Below are positions 50,015 to 57,597 of a DNA stretch of 64,000 bases, one piece after another (the first letter of the stretch is position 1; each line of letters begins with the position of its first letter). Source of the DNA: a virus; IMG/VR virus record IMGVR_UViG_3300023116_005307, positions 3,588 through 67,587 of that record; one strand, written 5' to 3'. Under the pieces are notes generated by a model. The model saw only the letters and a list, made by a program, of their open reading frames with translations, ran no database searches and was not told the DNA's origin. The translations under genes and the position numbers were made by a program.

Positions 50015-50298
50015 TCTTGTACTTCTTCACCTTCTATTAGTTTTACAACAGTAAAGTCTGTACAGTTAAACATATCGTTTAATTTTTTTGCAAGATTATG
50101 AGCATGTCCTGGATTAGAGAATGCAGTTTTTTTATACTTAGGACCAGGATAATTAGTTAGTGCGTTAGAGCTTTTTAGATTAAAAGCCTTATTTTGGTAA
50201 AAGACAGCCCAAATGGCTTCTGCTTCTAAAACCTGTTCACATCTATATGTTTTACTGTTTACTTTTTCTAAAAGTACAGTCGGCTTGGGCCTACTCAT
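50011..50298 (-). CDS. Hypothetical phage protein
   Basis: 95-aa ORF MSRPKP...GPKYKK..FSNPGHA with SD AAGGA. Confidence 0.75.
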   Translation of the reverse strand: MSRPKPTVLLEKVNSKTYRCEQVLEAEAIWAVFYQNKAFNLKSSNALTNYPGPKYKKTAFSNPGHAHNLAKKLNDMFNCTDFTVVKLIEGEEVQE

Positions 50299-50335
50299 AT
50301 GCGTATCCTTTTTATTATATACGCATATATTTATC
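50297..50335 (-). promoter_or_regulatory. RBS-sequestering hairpin overlapping a late-like promoter
   Basis: Perfect 10-bp inverted repeat 50297-50306 / 50319-50328 covering the SD and start codon. GATAAATA at 50335-50328. Confidence 0.6.
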
Positions 50336-50352
50336 TTCTAAATACAATCTAT

Positions 50353-50598
50353 CTAATTATCCCAAGTATTACCGCCATCCATAGTAACTTGTATTATTTC
50401 TTCGCTATTGTTGCTTTTTATAAGCAATTTTTCTAGATCGCCATTAAGCCTACTCATGACAATGCCTAGGGTAAACGCAAGATTTTTTGCCTGGGTAATG
50501 TCCATGCGTAATTCTTTTGACCTACTATTTTCTGCAGATTTTACTTGTTGAATAAATTGTTGAATAGGTATAGTGTTTAAAGGATCATTTGTTGACAC
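50353..50598 (-). CDS. Hypothetical phage protein
   Basis: 81-aa coupled ORF ending VTMDGG..W. Confidence 0.65.
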   Translation of the reverse strand: MSTNDPLNTIPIQQFIQQVKSAENSRSKELRMDITQAKNLAFTLGIVMSRLNGDLEKLLIKSNNSEEIIQVTMDGGNTWDN

Positions 50599-51052
50599 GG
50601 CTTAACTCCTGACGCATCTCTAGTTCAGTTTTGAATGGACCTTTGTATTCATAGCGTTCAACTGTAATAAGTTTAGGACAGAAAGATTTAACCCAGCCTT
50701 TTTCAAAATGTATTACATAATATCCGGCACAGTACATACTTTTTGATTTTTCACTTTTTGTAAAAAGAGGTAATTTATTTTTTACATCATACATACTGTT
50801 ATATGGAACAACACTTGTTGGATAAGAATGAACATAATTGTTTTTTGTTTCTGTTTTTTCTTCGGCATCTGACCAAACAATATCAACACCAAATTTCTTT
50901 TTCATCTGTCTAGTATTATCAAAGAAACAAGTTTCTGCTGCACTTGCAAAAATATATCTGTCGTCGTCTAACGACATAGTTCCAATTTTTTTACCGTCAT
51001 TTTCTACAATCCAAAAACGATCTTTGAGTACAGGTTTTGCTTTTAGCGTCAT
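50585..51052 (-). CDS. Hypothetical phage protein
   Basis: 155-aa coupled ORF. Confidence 0.7.
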   Translation of the reverse strand: MTLKAKPVLKDRFWIVENDGKKIGTMSLDDDRYIFASAAETCFFDNTRQMKKKFGVDIVWSDAEEKTETKNNYVHSYPTSVVPYNSMYDVKNKLPLFTKSEKSKSMYCAGYYVIHFEKGWVKSFCPKLITVERYEYKGPFKTELEMRQELSRVNK

Positions 51053-52032
51053 TTAGGATACCTCGCTTGTAATGGTTCTGCAAAGGATGCTGCTTGGTCT
51101 GCAATACGTTGCATGTCCCATTTAGCACAGAATTTCATAAGACGCATACCAACTTGTGATATGCTCTTAGGTTCAACTTCTGCAATAGTGTTATTAATTA
51201 TCTCTCGTATATCTGCAGGTTGCGCAGTCAAATCACAAAGTGTTACGTTACGATTGTAGTCATCTAGCACACGATGCTCTTCACCGTTGTGATCTACCCA
51301 ACGTTGTAGCATCATATTGTTCCAATTGTAGCCTTTTGTGTCTTTGTCTTCAAATGCTTCAATTAGTCCAACTTTGTTTTTTGTGCCTTTCTTGCGCACA
51401 CCAGGGTAGGCACTAAAAACATTGTCGCTGGTGTCACCACGCATACACTTCTCAAACAACATAAACGCAGGGTTAGGTGCTTCTTTAGGTAGCTTAGTTT
51501 TTTTATCTACAACAGGCTTGCCTTTGTCATCAAAGTAGCCTTCGTGTGTAATTGTAGTATTACTTACCCCGTTATACTGACGTACATTAGGAGCAATAAG
51601 TTGTGCAAAGTCACCGTCAGTTGAAATAATAACGTGATTGTCGTTAGGATGTGCTTGTACCCAACCTGCAATTAAATCATCTGCTTCAAGTTGCGGATGA
51701 CGCATCATAGTACAGTTAGTCTTTGTGCCAATAAAGTCTTTAAATTCATCAAAGATTTCCCAAAACACTTTATCTTCTTCTGCTTGTGCAGGAGTAAGTG
51801 CATCACGTGCTTCTTGTCTATTGCGCTTGTAAGGCTCATAATAGTCCTTGCGCCAACTACGTCCTTCTAAACAAAATACAACGTGACTGCCGTCAAAGTC
51901 TTGCCATGCTTTCTTAACACTATTAAGTGTAATATGTAGTGCCATACCTACTTTAGTATCAATATCGCCACGTACAACGTGACGAGCTCTAAAGAAAGTA
52001 TTTGCTGTATCAACTAGTACATAGGTTGCCAT
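51049..52032 (-). CDS. rnh: T4 RNase H-like 5'-3' exonuclease / flap endonuclease
   Basis: LVDTAN.FFR, SWRK..Y..YK.NR, LEADDLIA, IISTDGDF.QL, GDTSDNV. Confidence 0.9.
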   Translation of the reverse strand: MATYVLVDTANTFFRARHVVRGDIDTKVGMALHITLNSVKKAWQDFDGSHVVFCLEGRSWRKDYYEPYKRNRQEARDALTPAQAEEDKVFWEIFDEFKDFIGTKTNCTMMRHPQLEADDLIAGWVQAHPNDNHVIISTDGDFAQLIAPNVRQYNGVSNTTITHEGYFDDKGKPVVDKKTKLPKEAPNPAFMLFEKCMRGDTSDNVFSAYPGVRKKGTKNKVGLIEAFEDKDTKGYNWNNMMLQRWVDHNGEEHRVLDDYNRNVTLCDLTAQPADIREIINNTIAEVEPKSISQVGMRLMKFCAKWDMQRIADQAASFAEPLQARYPK

Positions 52033-52417
52033 TTAGTTCTTCTTCCACATATCGTTTCAATTCATGATCACCAATGTCATTGGGTATTTCGTTTTTATAA
52101 AACAGTCTATAACTATCACTGCCGTACTTCCCAATTCCATATAACATTGTAGCATCATCTCCGTCCCATGTCAAGTAATCTTTACTCATACGTTTCAAAC
52201 GGTTATATCTTATGTTCAACATTCCTAATGGCTGTATAATTTTTTTGATTGTTTCTTCTGTGGTATTTAAAAAATGTACAGGAGTAGGTGCTACCATAAA
52301 AAGAACAGGAAGAACTCTTTTTACTTGTTTTCTACTTGTCTGATTTAAGCAGATTACTCCTACCATATGTTGCCATATAGATTCTACTTGCTGCTGCACC
52401 ATTAGATCGTCACGCAT
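52010..52417 (-). CDS. HhH-GPD DNA glycosylase, MBD4-like
   Basis: W...V..ICLNQT...PLG...R...LYGIGKYGSDSYRLF...DHEL resembles the MBD4 glycosylase domain (LHGIGKYGNDSYRIF...DHKL). Confidence 0.8.
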   Translation of the reverse strand: MRDDLMVQQQVESIWQHMVGVICLNQTSRKQVKRVLPVLFMVAPTPVHFLNTTEETIKKIIQPLGMLNIRYNRLKRMSKDYLTWDGDDATMLYGIGKYGSDSYRLFYKNEIPNDIGDHELKRYVEEELNGNLCTS

Positions 52418-52800
52418 TATGATACCTCTGATTTTCCCTTGTCAATAGGAACAACATTAATATACCCAGCACCTCTGTCTGTATCCATACCTTCTTCAGC
52501 TAACATATTATAAACAATATCACGGAACCAACGATCTACAATTTCTTCTTCTGGATCGTTATCTACACCATATCCTGCTTCAATCAATTGTTTAATAAAG
52601 TATTCATTCCAGTCTAACTCAAAGAATCCGTTGCGAACATTATCTTCGTTTACTTTAACGTCTAGTACATTAACCCAAGGCTCTTTGCGCCGTGTAGCAT
52701 ATTCCTTAGGATCTTTCTTTTTAAGAAGAGCCATTTCTTGCTCTTCTAGTTCTTTTTCTTTCTTTGTGATGCCTGTTATGTCTTTGATAAATTTTTTCAT
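52417..52800 (-). CDS. Hypothetical phage protein
   Basis: 127-aa ORF, SD AGGAGG, EPWV...GFFELDWN...IVDRWF. Confidence 0.75.
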   Translation of the reverse strand: MKKFIKDITGITKKEKELEEQEMALLKKKDPKEYATRRKEPWVNVLDVKVNEDNVRNGFFELDWNEYFIKQLIEAGYGVDNDPEEEIVDRWFRDIVYNMLAEEGMDTDRGAGYINVVPIDKGKSEVS

Positions 52801-52866
52801 AACTGCCTCCTTAATTTTTCGTATTGCTCTTCAGTATGTATGCCTTTGCTGTACTTTGCAACTTCT

Positions 52867-53760
52867 TTAAGTTCCCCAGGCATTTCCGAATAAGCTGATG
52901 TGGAGTCTTGGAGTGAATCGCCATCCTCGTTCCATGCAGGCTTCCGCCACGTCTTTAACGTTGAGACTGTATTCTTCGCTGCGTCCGCCCAGCGGCATAA
53001 GATATACTGGACATTGTACCCCGGCACTCTTGTAAGCGTCCACAGCTCTGCCAACTTCGTCAAAATCATCTTGAGTAGCGACAACAAACTTGAGATAAAT
53101 GTCACTGCCGTTAACAGTACTATACTGATGAGCGACAACAGGCAGGATAGCAGTATCCCAAGGTTCTCCGCTAACACTAAGTTTTGGGGAACAAGACCAC
53201 GTGACTGTAAATCGTTCTTGAGTGTTAAGATACTCGTAGAAATCGCTGTGTAAAGGTTGTGTAGTGTTTGTTTCAAATGTAACATTTTTTAAGTCTCGCA
53301 TGCGTGGATGTTCAAATAGATCAATGTAGAGTCTTTGCCACGCTAACAAAGGTTCTCCACCAGTCAAGATTAAATGAACGTCTTGACCATTATCCATAGT
53401 CCACTTACCTTCTGGAGTAAGTGAAAGAAGATGTTCAACCACTTCGTCTATTTCTGCAAGTTTGTTGAAGTGTTTAAACTCTGGATAGATACTAGCGTAT
53501 GTATCACAACCTGTATGAATGATAGGCAAGTCGTTAAACTCTTTTGTAGTCTTGTGAACATCTTTTGCAATTAGTTCTGCAACTTCGTCGTTGTACTTTT
53601 TACCCTCTTTGTGCAGTGTCCAGCGATCTTTTGTTTCTCCTGTACCAAAGTTCATACAACGAAAGTTACAACCAAAAGTACGTAGGAATACACTGGGTAC
53701 TCCTACGTACTTGCCTTCGCCTTGTACACTATAAAATGCTTCTGAGTATCTTAGTTTCAT
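52867..53760 (-). CDS. queE: 7-carboxy-7-deazaguanine synthase QueE (radical SAM, atypical Cys spacing)
   Basis: SEAFYSVQGEG...PSVFLRTFGCNFRC...GCDT, LTGGEPL, FETN, SCSPKL, C-terminal RFTPRLH. Next to folE. Confidence 0.88.
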   Translation of the reverse strand: MKLRYSEAFYSVQGEGKYVGVPSVFLRTFGCNFRCMNFGTGETKDRWTLHKEGKKYNDEVAELIAKDVHKTTKEFNDLPIIHTGCDTYASIYPEFKHFNKLAEIDEVVEHLLSLTPEGKWTMDNGQDVHLILTGGEPLLAWQRLYIDLFEHPRMRDLKNVTFETNTTQPLHSDFYEYLNTQERFTVTWSCSPKLSVSGEPWDTAILPVVAHQYSTVNGSDIYLKFVVATQDDFDEVGRAVDAYKSAGVQCPVYLMPLGGRSEEYSLNVKDVAEACMERGWRFTPRLHISLFGNAWGT

Positions 53761-53867
53761 AGTGGCAGCCTTCCTGTATATAATTCAATTCCTAAACCGA
53801 TCATGCCCATTATAAACACTGCTATAATAAACACTTGTACCATACGCACTGCAATATAATCACCCAT
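53757..53867 (-). CDS. Small hydrophobic peptide (36 aa) not in the ORF track
   Basis: MGDYIAVRMVQVFIIAVFIMGMIGLGIELYTGRLPL fills the folE-queE gap exactly, with TAATG and ATGA overlaps. Confidence 0.65.
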   Translation of the reverse strand: MGDYIAVRMVQVFIIAVFIMGMIGLGIELYTGRLPL

Positions 53868-54550
53868 TAGCAGCTAAACTCCTGTTGTAGTTTAATATTG
53901 TCAAAGAACTCTTTCTTTGTGCCAGGATCATCTTTAAACGCACCTTTAAGCACAGTTGTTTGTGTAAGACTGCTATGCGCCATAATGCCACGATTCTCAC
54001 AACAACCATGTGTTGCTTGAATATACACACCTAAGTGTTCTGCACCAGTTGCTTTAGCAATCTCACGTGCAATATCATTGGCAAGTTCTTCTTGTAATGT
54101 GCCGCGTCTAGCACACCATTGTGCAATGCGTGTGTATTTGCTAAGACCAATTAGTTTATCTGCTGCAATAATACCAATGTATGCTACACCGCCCACTGGC
54201 TGGTGATGATGCGAACACATACTCTTAAGTTCTGAACGAACAACTAGCATACCTTCGTAGCGTTCATCTGAGTCATTTGGAAATGCTGTTGCGCTAGGCA
54301 TAGGATCGTAACGTCCTGCCATAATCTCATTAAAGTACATTTTAGCAAGACGTTGTGCTGTACCTTTTGAATTAGGATCTGTATGGCGATCAATTACTAG
54401 TGCATCTAGTACACTTTCAAAAGCTGGAGTAGCTTCTTTTATTAATTGTTCTATATCGCCTTTCTGCAACACTTCTGAAATGTTGTCGCCGGCCCAATAA
54501 CGAATGCCAGCTTCTTCTAGTTTTGTTTTAATTTGTAATGCTTTGCTCAA
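53867..54550 (-). CDS. folE: GTP cyclohydrolase I (TTG start)
   Basis: T..RLAKMY, SMCSHHHQP, IGLSKYTRIA...RRGTLQEEL, HGCCENRG. Confidence 0.93.
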   Translation of the reverse strand: MSKALQIKTKLEEAGIRYWAGDNISEVLQKGDIEQLIKEATPAFESVLDALVIDRHTDPNSKGTAQRLAKMYFNEIMAGRYDPMPSATAFPNDSDERYEGMLVVRSELKSMCSHHHQPVGGVAYIGIIAADKLIGLSKYTRIAQWCARRGTLQEELANDIAREIAKATGAEHLGVYIQATHGCCENRGIMAHSSLTQTTVLKGAFKDDPGTKKEFFDNIKLQQEFSC

Positions 54551-54593
54551 CTTATATTCTCCGAGTTAAAGACGAGGATGTCTTATTGTTTAT

Positions 54594-54622
54594 ATTATAT
54601 ACTTTATTTAGGTTTTTGTCAA
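54594..54622 (-). promoter_or_regulatory. Sigma70 consensus promoter for folE-queE, with a late-like TAAATA in its spacer
   Basis: TTGACA-aaaacctaaataaagta-TATAAT. Confidence 0.85.
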
Positions 54623-54636
54623 GCATAATAAATTTT

Positions 54637-55050
54637 TTATGCCATTTGTCCTGCAAGATTTTCCCAATCAGTAGTTTCTTTATAGTTCCCTTTTTCAGGA
54701 ATAACATTACGAACGCCGCCAGTAGGATCTTTCATATCTCCGTCACGTCTAAAGATTAGATGAACATGCGGATACATACAGGTTTGTCCAGCACTTGTTC
54801 CTACATTAATACCAACATTATAGCCTGTAATGTTATTGTCTGCTTCTACATTTTCATTGCCCATAGACACAGCATATCTAAAACATTTTAACAACTCATC
54901 TACATTGTTTATTTTTGGAACTACTAATGTATGGCCTTGTGTCACAGGAAATTTATCTCTATACACAACAAAATCTTTTGTGTTTACAATAACGTCTGTC
55001 CACGGAGCGCGATTTTCCTGCCTTGCTTTTTCTAGTGTATCATATTTCAT
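54637..55050 (-). CDS. HIT family nucleotide hydrolase
   Basis: DKFPVTQGHTLVVPK, YNVGINVG.SAGQT..YPHVHLI (histidine triad variant). Confidence 0.88.
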   Translation of the reverse strand: MKYDTLEKARQENRAPWTDVIVNTKDFVVYRDKFPVTQGHTLVVPKINNVDELLKCFRYAVSMGNENVEADNNITGYNVGINVGTSAGQTCMYPHVHLIFRRDGDMKDPTGGVRNVIPEKGNYKETTDWENLAGQMA

Positions 55051-55069
55051 AACGGGTACCTTTTTTATT

Positions 55070-55098
55070 ATAATAGCATATGTTTATAGTAATGTCAA
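55070..55098 (-). promoter_or_regulatory. Sigma70-type promoter for the HIT gene
   Basis: TTGACA-17 nt-TATTAT with TGn extension. Confidence 0.7.
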
Positions 55099-55112
55099 AT
55101 AATAAATACAAT

Positions 55113-55538
55113 ATGAAGGATTCTTTTACCTATACCTTCTATGATGTGGTAAAAGACACACAGAGACAGACAGGATATGATTTACCACAGCATGTAGAAG
55201 CTTATATTGTGATGCTACTGAGTGATTTCGTAGATCGCGATGATATTCCACCTGATTCAACATTTGCTGAAATGTTCCTTACTATTAAAGATCAACGACA
55301 AGCCAAAGCACTTGGTGATACCTGTTTATTCGTTAGCGGTGTGTTTCCTAGATACAAATCAAAGTATGGCATTAATAAAAGGTATTATCAAGATATCGGA
55401 TCTACATCATATGAAATAGCAAGCGACATGAATGCTGAACTTTTTCCTATACTTGCAAAACATTTTGTGTTTTTAAGTGGATTTATAGAAACAACTATAC
55501 ATTCGTCCAAAGATGTGCAGAGTATCCTTTTCCGTTAG
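55113..55538 (+). CDS. Hypothetical protein, lone + strand gene
   Basis: ATG 4 nt after TAAATA. Helical protein with GDTCLFVSG.F...YYQDIG..SY motif. Confidence 0.65.
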   Translation: MKDSFTYTFYDVVKDTQRQTGYDLPQHVEAYIVMLLSDFVDRDDIPPDSTFAEMFLTIKDQRQAKALGDTCLFVSGVFPRYKSKYGINKRYYQDIGSTSYEIASDMNAELFPILAKHFVFLSGFIETTIHSSKDVQSILFR

Positions 55539-56220
55539 TGTCTCCGCCAGCATTTTCTACTTCAACACCGTCGTATTCAATTGATGTTAGAATGTCTTCA
55601 CCATTAGGGTATTCAGTGTACACAACCTTTAGTTTTTTTGGATCAAAGTCACCGTAGGTTGTAATAGTACCATCGAAGAACGTACCTTTTTCGCTTGAGT
55701 AAAACTGTACAACATAGTTACCTTCGCCTTCAAGATTTTCGTCCGATTCAACAAGGTCAATTTCATAATCGTTGTCTTCCATTACTTTTTCACAGTACTC
55801 ATCAAATGCTGTACTTTCTACAACATTTGCTACATGAGCACTACTATATTCGTCGTCTGCGACTTCGTCAATAGTAACATAACAGCTACTCCAGCTTGCA
55901 CCATACTGATGTACAAACTCATTAGGTGCTTCATACCATGGATAAGCATAAACTTCGCCGTCTGTTTCTTCTTGCATAAACATTGCTTCAGGTGGTACAA
56001 TCACTTCTAAGTCATCTAAGTCACCGTCTTCCGCACTTACCATGTAGCCTACAAGATCAGTGTCGCCATTTTCTTCTACGACATCGTTCCAAAAGTCGTA
56101 TGCTTCTTTGGTTAGATTGATGTATGCTGCTTCGCCACCATAGCCGTTTACTGTGATACGATAGTAACGCTCGCCTTTAAGTACATCAACTGTTTCTTTT
56201 TTTTCTTCTGTCGTTGCCAT
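55495..56220 (-). CDS. Acidic hypothetical phage protein
   Basis: 241 aa, SD AGGAGG, GYGGE...SSEKGTFF...DTNGK. Confidence 0.7.
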   Translation of the reverse strand: MATTEEKKETVDVLKGERYYRITVNGYGGEAAYINLTKEAYDFWNDVVEENGDTDLVGYMVSAEDGDLDDLEVIVPPEAMFMQEETDGEVYAYPWYEAPNEFVHQYGASWSSCYVTIDEVADDEYSSAHVANVVESTAFDEYCEKVMEDNDYEIDLVESDENLEGEGNYVVQFYSSEKGTFFDGTITTYGDFDPKKLKVVYTEYPNGEDILTSIEYDGVEVENAGGDTNGKGYSAHLWTNV

Positions 56221-56221
56221 G

Positions 56222-56785
56222 TTATCCTCCTACATTTTCCCAAGGATATACTAACCATACATCCTTTTCTGCTTTGTTAACTTCGTGTACACTGTAGTCT
56301 ACTTTACCGTTAAACTCGCTTGACAAGTTATCTGTGATAGTAGCAAAGCGAACATTGCTGTGCCATACAGTATTCCAACTTTCTGAATGCGGTAAACAAC
56401 TACTTTGCCAATCTTCTTTGATCCAGTTAAATGTAGCACCTGTATCATTGATATCATCTACAACAAGAATATTTTTGCGCTTGTTTAAATCCCAACGACA
56501 TTTATATGTTTCTTGGTCTTCTAAAGGCACATAACCAAATGCATCTTCCGCCATCCAACAGTTAGACTCGCTAGACTCATCGTCGTAGTTATCTCGTAGA
56601 CTAACTTTTAGTGCTTCGCCACGTACACCTAACATATTGCTAAGAATAGTAGCAGGAACATTGCCGCCTCGTGTAATACCTACAATATAGTTAGGACGCC
56701 AGTTATCTTTGTACATCTGTAGAGCAATGTTTACACAGGCACGTTCTACATCTTGCCAAGAATAATAATGTTTTTTAACGTTCAT
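56222..56785 (-). CDS. Purine phosphoribosyltransferase (Gpt/Hpt-like)
   Basis: IVGITRGG.VPA, PRPP-binding ILVVDDINDTGAT, and WLVYPWE. Confidence 0.88.
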   Translation of the reverse strand: MNVKKHYYSWQDVERACVNIALQMYKDNWRPNYIVGITRGGNVPATILSNMLGVRGEALKVSLRDNYDDESSESNCWMAEDAFGYVPLEDQETYKCRWDLNKRKNILVVDDINDTGATFNWIKEDWQSSCLPHSESWNTVWHSNVRFATITDNLSSEFNGKVDYSVHEVNKAEKDVWLVYPWENVGG

Positions 56786-57218
56786 ATTTTTCTCTCATAT
56801 ACTGTTCGTGTTGAATCCATTCGCCTTTACGCAAGAATCCCCAGTCTCTTAACTTAGGACCTGGGATGAATAAAGTCCATACATCAACGCCAGGTTCAAG
56901 CTCAACGCGATGAAGGCTATAGCAGCTGGCCAACCGTAGCGTGCCTGCGCCACGCCAAAAGCGACCATTCGGTGTATGTTCCCAATAACCACCTTTAATG
57001 ATAAAAGTGATAAAAGGCCAAGGGTGATCATGTAAATCATCTAAGTCTCCTTTGTGGAAGTTGTGTAAAAATATGTTAAATGGAAACCATTTACGTTCTT
57101 TTAAAAACAAATAGTATCTAGTAAGGTATGGTTCGTTATTATGTCTATCCATAATAACTCTTTTACGACCTAACTTCTCTAACCAGTTTAAAAATTTAGA
57201 ACGGAATGTCTTCGTCAT
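56775..57218 (-). CDS. Cupin-fold protein
   Basis: PYLTRYY...LHDHPW...GGYWE...HRVEL...WTLF..GP..RDWGF. Confidence 0.7.
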   Translation of the reverse strand: MTKTFRSKFLNWLEKLGRKRVIMDRHNNEPYLTRYYLFLKERKWFPFNIFLHNFHKGDLDDLHDHPWPFITFIIKGGYWEHTPNGRFWRGAGTLRLASCYSLHRVELEPGVDVWTLFIPGPKLRDWGFLRKGEWIQHEQYMREKYER

Positions 57219-57597
57219 CTTCGTAATTACCTTTATAATCTTGATTTACCATTTTGTATATTGTCTTAAAGTTTTCGTATGCTTTATCAAGCGCAGGATA
57301 GTGCTGGCACATTTTCTTAATACGATCTGGATCTGGCATATGATCTTCAAAAATTACTCTATCAAATGTAATATTTGTTAAGCTATCAATAAGCCCTTCA
57401 TCTAACGAAATAGTGTCAGACAATGTAAAAGTGTCAGTACCGTCATTCATACTATAGCTACCTGTGTCTACTGTATAGGTAGGTGTTGTTAATGTAATAT
57501 TAGAAATGTCTATAGTATCTGCTAAATAATCCTCTATATCTATTACTAAATTATCGTCTGCACTGATTATTATATCATCATCTTTTGATTGCGTCAT
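57196..57597 (-). CDS. Hypothetical phage protein
   Basis: 133 aa with acidic/Thr-rich N-terminus and C-terminal MC..YPAL.KAYENFKTIY. Confidence 0.65.
   Translation of the reverse strand: MTQSKDDDIIISADDNLVIDIEDYLADTIDISNITLTTPTYTVDTGSYSMNDGTDTFTLSDTISLDEGLIDSLTNITFDRVIFEDHMPDPDRIKKMCQHYPALDKAYENFKTIYKMVNQDYKGNYEDDEDIPF

Noticed and set aside
52797-53285. 162-aa alternative-frame ORF overlapping queE on the same strand
   Set aside because: Leu/Ser-rich shadow translation with no motifs. At most its last 28 codons (MPGELK..., from 52883) could be a real mini-ORF filling the gap, which I cannot support.
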